Shown piece after piece: positions 55,601 to 64,000 of a stretch of 64,000 nucleotides of DNA. The position numbers and the translations under genes are program-made. The DNA is taken from the NCBI GenBank assembly GCA_963727625.1, contig CAVSHR010000007.1, positions 32,001 through 96,000 on the forward strand, given 5' to 3'. Position 1 is the first letter of the stretch, and each line of letters starts with the position of its first letter. The notes beneath the pieces are model-generated. The model ran no database searches, was not told the DNA's origin, and saw nothing but the letters and a program-made list of their open reading frames with translations. The stretch comes from an uncultured delta proteobacterium. GTDB lineage: Bacteria; Desulfobacterota; Binatia; UBA9968.

Positions 55601-58600
55601 CAGTTTGCTCCCAGTGAGAGTAGGTTTCTCCTGGTGCGGTCTCCAGCCAGCAACGCTCTCGCTGCCAAGGGTAGACCGGCAGTCGAACGCACCGGCCTCC
55701 GGCCGGATAGAGCCGGCGCCAGTCCACCGGGTACCCCAGAGTATAAAGCGCGCCAAGCGATCCCAGCATGACGGTGCGTTCGTCTTCTTCACGCCGCAGA
55801 GAAGGGAGCACGGCGCCTTCTTGGCCGAGGTTATGAAACCCTTGCTGGATAGAGCTGAGTAAAATGGGGTGGGCGCTGATTTCCAAGAAAATGTCATGTC
55901 CATCTTCCAGCAACTGCTGAACCGCCGTTGAAAACAGCACCGGCTCTCTCAGATTCCGCGCCCAATAGGGCGCCTCGAACTCCAGCCCGTTGCTGACCGT
56001 GCCGGTCACCGTCGAGTAGATGGGTACGGACGCAGGTCGAGGCTCGAGTCCTTCCAATGCTTGCAACAACTCAGCGCGCAAGGGATCCATCTGCGGACTG
56101 TGAGAGGCAAAATCCACCTTCACCATTCGACAGAAGGTATCCTGGCGCTGCAATTGATCCACGATTGCTTGGAGCGCTGCCGGATCTCCGGACAACACAG
56201 TCGAGGTGGGACCGTTGCTGACAGCAATGGACACGCGATCTTCGTAACCGACCAGGACATGGCGAGCCGCCTCCATGGAAAGTTCCACAGCAGCCATTAA
56301 ACCTTGCCCGATGGTGCGCTTGACCAAGCGGCTGCGACGACAAATAACCCGTGCCGCATCATCAAGGCTGAGCGCGCCGGCGACATAGGCTGCCGCGACC
56401 TCTCCCATGCTATGGCCCACCACGGCCTGTGGTTCGATACCCCAGGAACGCCACAGGCCTGCCAGAGCGACTTGAATCGCAAAGAGGGCCGGCTGGATGA
56501 TATCGATTTCGTTCAACCGGGACTGTGCTGCATCGGTGGCAGTGAGCTCGGCGAGCAAAGACCAGTCCCCGTGCGGTCGCATCGCCCGGTCACAGCGCTC
56601 CACGACCTCTCGAAAAACAGCTTCCTGCTGCAAAAGTTTTCGCCCCATGCCAAACCATTGGGACCCTTGCCCGGGAAACACAAAAACCAGTTTTCTCTTG
56701 CGACCTGAAATCTTAGGACCGGAAGACAGACCGGGACGAGCCTCGCCCCGCAAAAAAGCGTCCAGGAGCTCGCTCAGTTGCTCCGGAGAATTGCCGGTCG
56801 CGGCGAGACGGTAGTCGTGGTGGCTGCGCCGCACGCTGGCGCTGTAGCAGATGTCGTGCAGCGATGCCGTGGACGCCGGAGCTGCCAGGGAGTTTTGGTA
56901 AGCTCGCGCGAGAGAGTGGAGAGCCTCCGGGCTACGGGCCGACAGTGGTAATAAGTGTGCGGATTCCGAATCGCCGATTTTCCATTCCGTATTTTGCATT
57001 GGTAAATCGGACTGGGGCGCTTCTTCCAGAACCACATGGGCATTGGTTCCGCCAAAACCGAATGAACTCACCCCAGCCAAGGCTGGACCCGAGTGTGTAG
57101 GCCAAGGGCCCAGGGTTGTCTGCACTCGGAGAGAGAGCTCGTCGAAAGGAATATGCGGGTTGGGCTCCTGAAAGTGCAGGCTCGGTGGGATCTCCTGATG
57201 ATTGAGCGCCAGCGCCACCTTGATCAAGCCGGCAACGCCGGCTGCGGCCTCGAGGTGACCTAGGTTGGTTTTGACCGAGCCCAGGGCACAAGGTTGCTCA
57301 GGGGGACGGTCGATGGCGAGTACTGTGCCCAAGGCTTTCGCCTCGATGGGATCGCCTAAGAACGTGCCCGTGCCGTGGGCCTCGACGTATTGAACCTGGC
57401 CGGGCGAAACTCCGGCACTCCGGTAGGCTTCTCGCAGGACAGCCTCTTGGGCCAACGGATTCGGAGCCATGAGTCCGTTGCTCCGTCCGTCCTGGTTCAC
57501 TGCGCTGCCGCGAATCACGGCATAAATCGGATCACCGTCGGCCAGGGCTCTCGATAAAGGCTTGAGAACGACGAGGCCGGCGCCCTCGCTGCGAACGTAG
57601 CCGTTGGCCCGGGCATCGAAGGCCTTGCAGCGCCCATCCGGAGCCATGGCTCCGGCTTTGGTAAAATTGATCGTAATCGCCGGCGAGAGGACCAGGTTCA
57701 CGCCCCCGGCCAGAGCGAGAGTGGACTCGCCGTTCCACAGACTGCAGCAGGCCAAGTGGACGGCAACGATCGACGACGAACAGGCAGTATCGATTGCTAT
57801 ACTCGGCCCGCGGAAATCAAACAGGTAAGAGATACGGTTGGCCGCGATGCTCATGGCATTGCCTGTGCCCGCGTAGGCATCGATACAGCTTAGATCACTG
57901 AACTGAATGCGGCTGTAATCGTTGGTCGAGATGCCGATAAACACACCCGTACGGCTGGCAGTCAGACGGTCCGGTGCCTGTCCGGCATCTTCCAATGCTT
58001 CCCAGGTCACTTCCAGTAAGAGGCGTTGCTGGGGGTCCATGCGCAAAGCCTCCCGAGGAGAGATGCCAAAGAAGTGGGGATCGAACTGATCCACCTGATC
58101 GAGGAAGCCGCCCCAGCGAGTGTTTATTTTGCCCGGTATCGCCGGGTCTGGATCGTAGAAGTCGTGAAGATTAAAGCGCTCCGCTGGAACTTCTGTGATG
58201 GCATCGACTCCCTCGCGCAGCAACTGCCAGAAAGCTTTCGGGCCGTGCGCGCCGGGAAACCGGCAGCCGATGCCGATAATGGCAATCGGTTCAGTTGTTG
58301 CCTCCCGGTTTTGGTCAGCGCGGGCGGTTGGCTCCGAGGCCTCCGGTGACTCTGCTAAATGGCGTGCGAGAGTCTCGATGGTTGGGTACTCGTAGGCCAG
58401 AGCAGGGGAGAGTTTTCGTCCAAGCCATTCTGCGAGTTCACCAGAAAGGCTGACCGCCTCCGTGGACCCCAGACCGTAGCTGGAGAAGGGCTCCCTGACA
58501 TCTATTTCGTGAGACTCGATTCCCAGCCGCTCCGAAAGTTTGGATACCAACCAGGCTTCAATGACTCCTGCGGTCGGAGAATCCATTGGTGAATTTCCCT

Positions 58601-58664
58601 CTTCGTCACGTTTGGTCCGATCGACACAGTTCAGTAACTCGCCGTTTGTAGACTTCCCGGCCAT
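52638..58664 (-). CDS. Type I PKS: ACP-KS-AT-DH-KR-ACP
   Basis: YGLGS ACP; KS DTACSSS/HGTGT/GHLE; AT GHSMG and FASH; DH HRIQGVAVLP; KR GGLGELG/YAAAN; ACP GLDSL; no ER or TE. Confidence 0.96.
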   Translation of the reverse strand: MAGKSTNGELLNCVDRTKRDEEGNSPMDSPTAGVIEAWLVSKLSERLGIESHEIDVREPFSSYGLGSTEAVSLSGELAEWLGRKLSPALAYEYPTIETLARHLAESPEASEPTARADQNREATTEPIAIIGIGCRFPGAHGPKAFWQLLREGVDAITEVPAERFNLHDFYDPDPAIPGKINTRWGGFLDQVDQFDPHFFGISPREALRMDPQQRLLLEVTWEALEDAGQAPDRLTASRTGVFIGISTNDYSRIQFSDLSCIDAYAGTGNAMSIAANRISYLFDFRGPSIAIDTACSSSIVAVHLACCSLWNGESTLALAGGVNLVLSPAITINFTKAGAMAPDGRCKAFDARANGYVRSEGAGLVVLKPLSRALADGDPIYAVIRGSAVNQDGRSNGLMAPNPLAQEAVLREAYRSAGVSPGQVQYVEAHGTGTFLGDPIEAKALGTVLAIDRPPEQPCALGSVKTNLGHLEAAAGVAGLIKVALALNHQEIPPSLHFQEPNPHIPFDELSLRVQTTLGPWPTHSGPALAGVSSFGFGGTNAHVVLEEAPQSDLPMQNTEWKIGDSESAHLLPLSARSPEALHSLARAYQNSLAAPASTASLHDICYSASVRRSHHDYRLAATGNSPEQLSELLDAFLRGEARPGLSSGPKISGRKRKLVFVFPGQGSQWFGMGRKLLQQEAVFREVVERCDRAMRPHGDWSLLAELTATDAAQSRLNEIDIIQPALFAIQVALAGLWRSWGIEPQAVVGHSMGEVAAAYVAGALSLDDAARVICRRSRLVKRTIGQGLMAAVELSMEAARHVLVGYEDRVSIAVSNGPTSTVLSGDPAALQAIVDQLQRQDTFCRMVKVDFASHSPQMDPLRAELLQALEGLEPRPASVPIYSTVTGTVSNGLEFEAPYWARNLREPVLFSTAVQQLLEDGHDIFLEISAHPILLSSIQQGFHNLGQEGAVLPSLRREEDERTVMLGSLGALYTLGYPVDWRRLYPAGGRCVRLPVYPWQRERCWLETAPGETYSHWEQTARSAIGTHPLLGHHFTSAHPAGSHFWEFTLDKRALPYLDDHRIQGVAVLPASAYLEMALAAAVEVFGEQSFALKDVEFARALFLPEDKPHTIQVILSPGTDGGASFHIYSRPGDHASKSWTLHATGNACPLEDNSTFPVSGRETLAEIQSRCSEKVSGQDYYLRLRESGIDYGPFYQSIAQLWRNNGEVLGEVKVPDGSDTEFNAYRIHPAVLDAGLQIMGAAVAAEATQNGKQGIFMPTRIDQLRVCGRPGLHLWSNAHVQERDADTVTGEVRLLDEAERVAVEILGLRFEYLGDDPQRAVETDLDDWLYEFQWQPKERVEGQVAAETSSPASRGSWLIFTDNGGVGEGLAALLEAQGQGTILVSRGESYEHIDGVHFRIRPEKPEDLRRLVEAALESDQPVCRGIVHLWSLDAPRPQETTAASLNAAQTLGCGSVLLLVQELARTESRDLPRLWLTTRGAQAAGEEPAPLAVAQSPLWGLGRVIAQELPTLWGGLVDLDPTASPRDTTAQQLCDEISTPAGEDQLAFRKGRRYVARLVRKRRSASRERQIRWRSDGSYLISGGLGELGLSVARWMVEQGARRLILLGRTKLPPRSSWSSLETGGRLARQVAAIQELEASGASVHLASVDVADEAQLSGFLDEFRREGWPPIRGVVHAAGVIQDGLLVQLDTAQLHTVLQPKMVGGWLLHHLLEDAPLDFFVLFSSAGSLLGQAGQGNYAAANAFLDALAHHRRAQGQPALTINWGAWGNLGFADTPGGKRLAARLAILGITSMAPEQALEVLQRLLGQGAIQVVAVPVDWQQYRESYPAGSEPPLLSQLAIEEAEVRQQTDRPGEKSGLTSAALLAAEPGERHELLQSYLSAQVARVLGLAAAKLDLQQPLSNLGLDSLMAVELRNRIAIDLGVKVPVVKFLQGFSVDEAVTQVLDQLTAEGSSPSPPLAPAVTSQQEHIDKGNAEQLLANLDQLSDENVDSLLTDMLADEKVNE

Positions 58665-58667
58665 CGC

Positions 58668-60470
58668 TTACTCCTCACCGCGCCGATCCAGGGTGCCGTC
58701 GAGAAAGCTGGCCTGGCAAGCACGGCGCTGAACCTTGCCGCTGGGAGTCTTCGGAATGCGCCCAGTCTTGAGTAGCACCACCTTGTACACTCGCACATCA
58801 TGCTCCTCTGCCACCGCTCGCCGAATAGACCGAACCACCGCCTCGACATCCAGCAGCGGACGCAGCTTCGGCTCAGAGCGCGCTTTCTGATCCTGCGGTT
58901 CGCGATCCGCCTGTTGGTAGCGGCGCTCTATCTCGGCTGCGACGATCAAGCGTTCTTCGTCGGCGACATCGACGGAGAACGCTGCGCAACAACCCGGCCG
59001 TATCGCCGGGTGACTCCGTTCCACCGTCAATTCAATGTCGTGGGGGTAAAGGTTACGGCCGCCGATGATGATCAGATCCTTCAGACGACCGGTGACATAC
59101 AGTTCGCCATCTTTTAAAAATCCCAAATCCTCGGTGCGGAGAAATGGTCCCTCGCCGGTATCGGCAAGGTAGGCACGGAAAGCACGCTCGGTTTCCTCAG
59201 GTCGGTTCCAGTAACCCTGAGCGACGCTCGGGCTTGACACCCAGATCTCGCCCACCTCGTCAGGGGCGCATCGGGTTAACGATTGCGGATCAACGATGAC
59301 AATCTTGGTGTCGAACTGAGCGCGTCCGCAGCCCACGAATGTCCGCACATTCGGTTGCTGCTCCAATGCCTCCACGACGCGATTCTTTTCAAGCGCGCCG
59401 GCCGGTGTGGTGCAGACAATCGGTTCATCTCTTAGAAGTCCGCCTGAAACTATCAGAGTGGCTTCGGCGAGTCCGTAACATGGGTAGGCGAAGCTTGGGC
59501 GGAACCCACAGGGGGCAAAAGACTCGGCGAACCGTTTCAAAGTATCCGCGCGGACCGGCTCCGCGCCGTTATAAGCCGCAACCCAACTGCTGAGATCGAG
59601 AGTTCCACGTTGCTCAGGAGTAATCCTGCGAGCGCACAGCTCGTAGGCGAAATTGGGGCCTCCACTGACCGTGGCTTGGTAGCGTGAAATAGCCTGGAGC
59701 CAGCGCACCGGCCACTGAAGAAAGGATTGGGGCGGCATGAGGAAACAGTGACCTCCCGTATACAGAGGTTGGATGATGCCGTTGCTAAGCCCCATATCGT
59801 GAAAGGCCGGTAACCATGTCACCGATACGCTGTCCGGTGTGAGCTCCAAAGCTTGGGTGAGATATGCCGAATTATGGAGAAGGTTGCCGTGACTGACCAT
59901 CACCCCCTTCGGCACCGCGGTGGAACCCGAAGTGTATTGGAGCAAGGCCAGCGTAGCGCTGCTCGCCGCAGGGTCTTGCCATTCGTGAGCCGGGCTGCTG
60001 GTAACCTTGTCGGTGGCCAACCAGCGCATTGCCTGTAGCTCTGGAGCCTGTGCGAACAGACGCTCACTCTTGGCGAGGATCGATGACGTGGTGAGTGCCA
60101 GCGATGGGCCGGCATCGTTCGTGATCGCAAGAAGCCTCGGGAGAGTCCGCTGCGGCTGGGCCAGATTGGGCGGGGGCAGAGGGACGGCAATGCCCCCGGC
60201 ATATAAGCAACCAAAAAAAGCGGCTATGAACTCGAAACCTGTTGGATAGAGCAACAGGGCACGCTGCCCGCTTGCGCCATAGCTTTGGAGCAATGCGCCA
60301 ATAGCCCGGGCTTGGCAGTCCAACGCCTCGTATGTCAGATGGGCCGCTGCTATTTCTCCATCGAGTAAATAAGTATAGGCGCGATGCTCGGGCTGCTGAA
60401 GCGCTCGCCGGCGAAGCATTTCGATGAGCGTAGACGACTTAACGATTGGATTAGCGGGGCCTCCGTTCAT
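58668..60470 (-). CDS. Fatty acyl-AMP ligase (FAAL)
   Basis: QYTSGST..PKGV, WLPAFHDMGL, PCYGLAEATL followed by the FAAL insertion, PKTPSGK; directly upstream of an ACP-initiated PKS. Confidence 0.93.
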   Translation of the reverse strand: MNGGPANPIVKSSTLIEMLRRRALQQPEHRAYTYLLDGEIAAAHLTYEALDCQARAIGALLQSYGASGQRALLLYPTGFEFIAAFFGCLYAGGIAVPLPPPNLAQPQRTLPRLLAITNDAGPSLALTTSSILAKSERLFAQAPELQAMRWLATDKVTSSPAHEWQDPAASSATLALLQYTSGSTAVPKGVMVSHGNLLHNSAYLTQALELTPDSVSVTWLPAFHDMGLSNGIIQPLYTGGHCFLMPPQSFLQWPVRWLQAISRYQATVSGGPNFAYELCARRITPEQRGTLDLSSWVAAYNGAEPVRADTLKRFAESFAPCGFRPSFAYPCYGLAEATLIVSGGLLRDEPIVCTTPAGALEKNRVVEALEQQPNVRTFVGCGRAQFDTKIVIVDPQSLTRCAPDEVGEIWVSSPSVAQGYWNRPEETERAFRAYLADTGEGPFLRTEDLGFLKDGELYVTGRLKDLIIIGGRNLYPHDIELTVERSHPAIRPGCCAAFSVDVADEERLIVAAEIERRYQQADREPQDQKARSEPKLRPLLDVEAVVRSIRRAVAEEHDVRVYKVVLLKTGRIPKTPSGKVQRRACQASFLDGTLDRRGEE

Positions 60471-60949
60471 TCATACCACCCGGTAAACTTAACTTGCTTT
60501 ATTTCTGAAAATGCTTGTATTTATTGGTGCCGCTCTGATGGCTCTGGCGATTTTGACATCGCCAATGCGGTAATGGATATTGCGCCCTGACCTTTTCACT
60601 TGCGTACGCGCGAACGTTGTCAGGAAGAGGACGCTCTCATCCGGCTCGGCCCTCCGTTTGCCCTGCGCCGCTCGGGCTGGAAATAGTTCAGCGAGATTTG
60701 CCGGTGACACAATCGGCGGTTTTAGTTTGTTGAATCGACATCTCGTTCTCATGTGGGGTAAGTTACAACCCATTCTGACAAAAATTCAAGCCGATCTGCT
60801 TTATCTTTGCTGCATGCGCCATCACTGAGGCCAAGAATTTTCGAATTGAACTTCAACAATAATCCCCAGTTTCCTATAAGCAGCGCACCGGCAAGACAAA
60901 ACCGGTTTGGTATTTTTCACTAATAAAATAACATTCGTTCATTAGCGGC

Positions 60950-61235
60950 TTGAGGGTTATTTCGGTTGGGGTGGGGGTAGCGACCACCTACGATCGGGAA
61001 GGCAACCTTGCGGTGGATTCATGTGTTGCCTCAGGTCTTACGGTTCCCGGGGTGCAATCCTCGGCGGCGAGAATCCCTAGCCGAAAAGCTGCTGTCCGCT
61101 CGGAAGATACTAGGGCTGACACTGAAGGCGATGTCTCAACAGATGGGTGTTGACCCAACAACGTTGGCACGGTGGGAAAGAGGAAAGGGCAGGACTTTCA
61201 TTATGGCTCTGACCATTTTGTCGCCCTTGGAGTAG
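60950..61235 (+). pseudogene. XRE-family HTH regulator relic
   Basis: LAEKLLSARKILGLTLKAMSQQMGVDPTTLARWE; upstream part broken. Confidence 0.6.
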
Positions 61236-61506
61236 TCTCAAATTAATGCCTCGATCGGACAAATTCCACGAGATTTGACTGTAGCGTCTTACAGTTCAAT
61301 TTTCATGAATGTATTTCACCCTTGCGGATGAAAATGCCTATTCGTTGGGCATTTTCCGAGCAATTCGTGTTCGCCAGTCATTTTCAGAGGAATCCTACGT
61401 CGAATATTGGGCTTTTCCTTTCGACGAATCTGGTTTCCCTTCCGCCGTAAATAGCAGTTCTCTCAGGTTCCGTGTTCGTGATAAATAGCGCAACGGTGAG
61501 GTGGCA

Positions 61507-61692
61507 ATGAAAACAACTGGTTGGTCATCCATCTTGGTTGCAGCGGTACTGCTTACTGGTGCAGTGTTAGCCGAGGCGCAGCGAATTAAACTTATACGCC
61601 ATCGCGACGTTCAATTGATCGAGAACCCACTGCGCGACTCGGTGCGATACCAACGCGCGCGGGGAACAACGATTCTTCGAGCAGGAAAATAA
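61507..61692 (+). pseudogene. Signal-peptide stub of an ABC substrate-binding protein
   Basis: MKTTGWSSILVAAVLLTGAVLAEAQ followed by unrelated sequence; RBS GAGGTG. Confidence 0.45.
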
Positions 61693-61693
61693 T

Positions 61694-62265
61694 ATGGGCG
61701 AGACAGTTGCGGATGCGTTCGTGTTTTTCGGGGCCACCGGCGATCTTGCGGACAAACAAATATTTCCGGCACTTCACGCGTTGGTCAAACGCGATCAACT
61801 CAACGTTCCGATCGTCGGGGTCGCAAAATCCGGTTGGAACCTCGATCAGCTGCGCGAGTACGCGCGAGATAGTCTTCAACACCACGGAAGCGTTGACAAC
61901 GTGGCCTGGGAAAAACTCTTGGGTCGGCTCAAATATGTCGACGGGGACTAAAGCGAAGGATCAACCTACGGAGCGTTACGTGAAGCACTCGGCAACGCAG
62001 CGCGTCCACTCCACTACCTCGCCATCCCGCCTAGCATGTTCGTTACGGTCGTGGGTAACTTAGCGCAGGTAGGATACTCCAAAAACGCACGCGTGGTTGT
62101 CGAGAAGCCGTTTGGCCGCGATTTGGAGACGGCCGGAGCGCTCGACGAGATGCTTCACGAATACTTTTCGGAAGCGGCGATATTCCGGATCGACCACTAT
62201 TTAGGCAAAGAAACGGTGCAGAACCTTCTTTACTTCCGTTTCGCCAACTCGTTTTTGGAGCCGAC
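61694..62265 (+). pseudogene. zwf: Glucose-6-phosphate dehydrogenase, disrupted and truncated
   Basis: FGATGDLA, EKPFGRD, RIDHYLGKE; stop at 61949-61951, a frameshift, and truncation after FANSFLEP. Confidence 0.92.
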
Positions 62266-62322
62266 CGCGACTCGGAAATCGTCGCGCATGTCTTCGACGA
62301 ACGCAATCCAGCCGTAACAACT

Positions 62323-62450
62323 ATGATTGCAAGCGTGGTCAAAGAAATCCTGGGCCATAGGGAAATCGAAATGACGCTGCGGTACTCTCACCTAGCCCCG
62401 GCGCACAAAGCGAGCGCAATGGACAAGCTAGGCGAGGCGTTCGAAGCTGC
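62323..62450 (+). pseudogene. Tyrosine recombinase/integrase C-terminal fragment
   Basis: VKEILGHREIEMTLRYSHL (LGH...T..Y catalytic box II). Confidence 0.85.
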
Positions 62451-62613
62451 CGGAAGGGACCGTGAAACCGGTGCGACGGAAGCGCAAGAACCGCGTGCTT
62501 TGGCAGCGAACTTGGCACAAATCAGGAACGTTTTCCTGGTAAGAAGCGGTCGCGGGTTATCAGTGGTTGACCCGAAAACCTTGAAGAGACAAGATGTTAG
62601 CTGTGAAAATGAT

Positions 62614-62655
62614 TGGTGGAGGCGGGGGGGGGCGGGAATCGAACCCCCGTCCGAA
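62614..62655 (-). other. tmRNA (ssrA) 3'-end copy, probable att site
   Basis: Minus strand reads TTCGGACGGGGGTTCGATTCCCG(C-run)GCCTCCACCA: T-arm, acceptor strand and CCA; no upstream RNA body; next to an integrase fragment. Confidence 0.75.
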
Positions 62656-62705
62656 CGGGGTCCGGATGCGGCAGCCCGCGCCGGGAGCGCCACTCAGGAG
62701 GCCGG

Positions 62706-64000
62706 ATGGTAATCGTCATCACACTCTCGCCGCGGGATTACGACGCGGTTCTGTTCGATCTTGACGGGGTGCTGACCAGGACGGCGAGCGTGCACGCGGC
62801 GGCTTGGAAAAAGTTGTTCGATGGGTTTCTCGAGAAACGGGCGGCCGAGGCGGGCGAGCCGTTCGTCCCTTTTGATATCGATGCCGACTACCTGCGCTAC
62901 GTGGACGGCAAACCGCGTTACGACGGCGTGGCTGCTTTCATCGAGTCGCGCGGGATCGAATTGCCGTTGGGCGCAGCCGAAGACGGCCCCGAAGTGCAAA
63001 GCGTGCGCGCGCTGGGAAACCTGAAGGACGAGTTTTTCCAGCAGCAGCTGAAGCTGCACGGCGTTGAGCTCTATGAAGCATCGATCGCGCTGGTGCGTAA
63101 ACTCCGCGCGCAGGAGATCAAGACCGCGGTCGTCTCCTCCAGCAACAACTGCGCCGCCGTGCTCGACGCGGCGGGGATCGCTCGGTTGTTCGACACGCGA
63201 GTGGACGGGACGGACGTCACCCGCCTCGAGCTTAAGGGCAAGCCGGCACCGGACGCTTTCCTGGAGGCTGCACGGCGTCTCGGTGTGGAACCGGCGCGGG
63301 CTGTCGTCGTGGAGGACGCGATTGCCGGCGTCGAGGCGGGGCGCGCCGGCCGATTCGGCTGTGTGATCGGCGTCGATCGCCGCGGGCGCTCGAGCGCGCT
63401 GCGTGACGCCGGCGCCGACATCGTCGTGACCGATATGGGCCAAGTCGAAGTGGCGGAGGAACCCCCTTCCGCGTGGTCGATGGTGTTTGAGGACTTCGAC
63501 CCGGCGCGCGAGGGAATCCGTGAGGCACTGTGCACCCTGGGGAATGGCTATTTCGCGACCCGTGGGGCTGCAGCCGGGGCGGTCGCCGATGACCTGCACT
63601 ATCCGGGGACCTATCTTGGCTGCGGCTACAACCGGCTGCGCACCGATATCGCCGGCCGGGTGGTCGAGAACGAGGACCTCGTCAATTTCCCGAACTGGGT
63701 CGCACTCGGGTTGCGCATCGCCGACCAGGACTGGTTCGATGCGCGAAACGTCAAGCTCCTGTCCTACCGCCAGGAGCTCGACCTGCGGCACGACATGCTG
63801 TTGCGCCACATCAGTTTCGAGGACGTCCATGGGCGGCGCAGCACCCTCCGCGAGCGACGCCTGGTGTCGATGGCCGACATGCATATCAGTGCGCTGGAAG
63901 TGTCGCTGACTGCTGACAACTGGTCCGCTGGCGTCACGGTCCGATCGGCGATCGACGGACGAGTCGTCAACGCCGGCGCCAGGCTGTACCGCAAGTTCAA
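62706..64000 (+). CDS. Beta-phosphoglucomutase-family HAD hydrolase fused to GH65 (trehalose/maltose phosphorylase-like); runs off the window
   Basis: RBS AGGAGG; LFDLDGVLT, VSSS, GKPAPD, VEDA, then in-frame REALCTLGNGYFATRG. Absent from the ORF track because it has no stop in the window. Confidence 0.92.
   Translation, partial: MVIVITLSPRDYDAVLFDLDGVLTRTASVHAAAWKKLFDGFLEKRAAEAGEPFVPFDIDADYLRYVDGKPRYDGVAAFIESRGIELPLGAAEDGPEVQSVRALGNLKDEFFQQQLKLHGVELYEASIALVRKLRAQEIKTAVVSSSNNCAAVLDAAGIARLFDTRVDGTDVTRLELKGKPAPDAFLEAARRLGVEPARAVVVEDAIAGVEAGRAGRFGCVIGVDRRGRSSALRDAGADIVVTDMGQVEVAEEPPSAWSMVFEDFDPAREGIREALCTLGNGYFATRGAAAGAVADDLHYPGTYLGCGYNRLRTDIAGRVVENEDLVNFPNWVALGLRIADQDWFDARNVKLLSYRQELDLRHDMLLRHISFEDVHGRRSTLRERRLVSMADMHISALEVSLTADNWSAGVTVRSAIDGRVVNAGARLYRKF

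Noticed and set aside
21091-60470. Siderophore cluster
   Set aside because: The interface-like domain suggests it, but no hydroxylase, N-oxygenase, TonB receptor or iron-ABC genes are in the window and only two amino-acid modules exist. Not fully excluded.
62614-62655. Intact tRNA or tmRNA gene
   Set aside because: Only the T-arm, 3' acceptor strand and CCA are present; upstream DNA is the HAD/GH65 coding region.
62694-63884. 396-aa minus-strand ORF
   Set aside because: Antisense shadow of the plus-strand HAD-GH65 gene, which has clear motifs and an RBS.

Overview
This is a moderately GC-rich bacterial window with a nested architecture. The host is possibly Binatota/deltaproteobacteria-like, a weak inference from one signal-peptide fragment. 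(1) 1-19.4 kb and 61.5-64 kb hold a partly decayed general-stress and storage-carbohydrate gene set: two Ca2+/H+ antiporters, YihY, DedA-PAP2, Fe-SOD, two PRC-barrel genes, rpiB, pgm, glgP, a zwf pseudogene and a beta-PGM/GH65 fusion, with many gene relics and duplications. (2) 19.6-20.7 kb is a decayed IS630 element. (3) 21.1-60.5 kb is a lipopeptide/aminolipid-type biosynthetic cluster: FAAL, a single-module PKS (ACP-KS-AT-DH-KR-ACP), a stand-alone C domain, an NRPS (degenerate C/interface-A-T-C-A-T-TE), MbtH and a type II thioesterase. It is linked to an MlaE/F/D+PqiC transporter, a LolA-like/LolCDE-like transporter, DUF2062, FabF and ACP. (4) The cluster is split between the stand-alone C gene and the NRPS by an ~11.3 kb defence-type insert: SNF2 helicase, REP-associated tyrosine transposase, type III mod, MNT-HEPN, res, two orphan antitoxins and a DUF6978-like/DUF1828 pair. 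(5) Near the right end are an integrase fragment and a copy of the tmRNA (ssrA) 3' end, which looks like an att site. No CRISPR array, rRNA or intact tRNA was seen. All family assignments come from motif recognition by eye; no searches were run.
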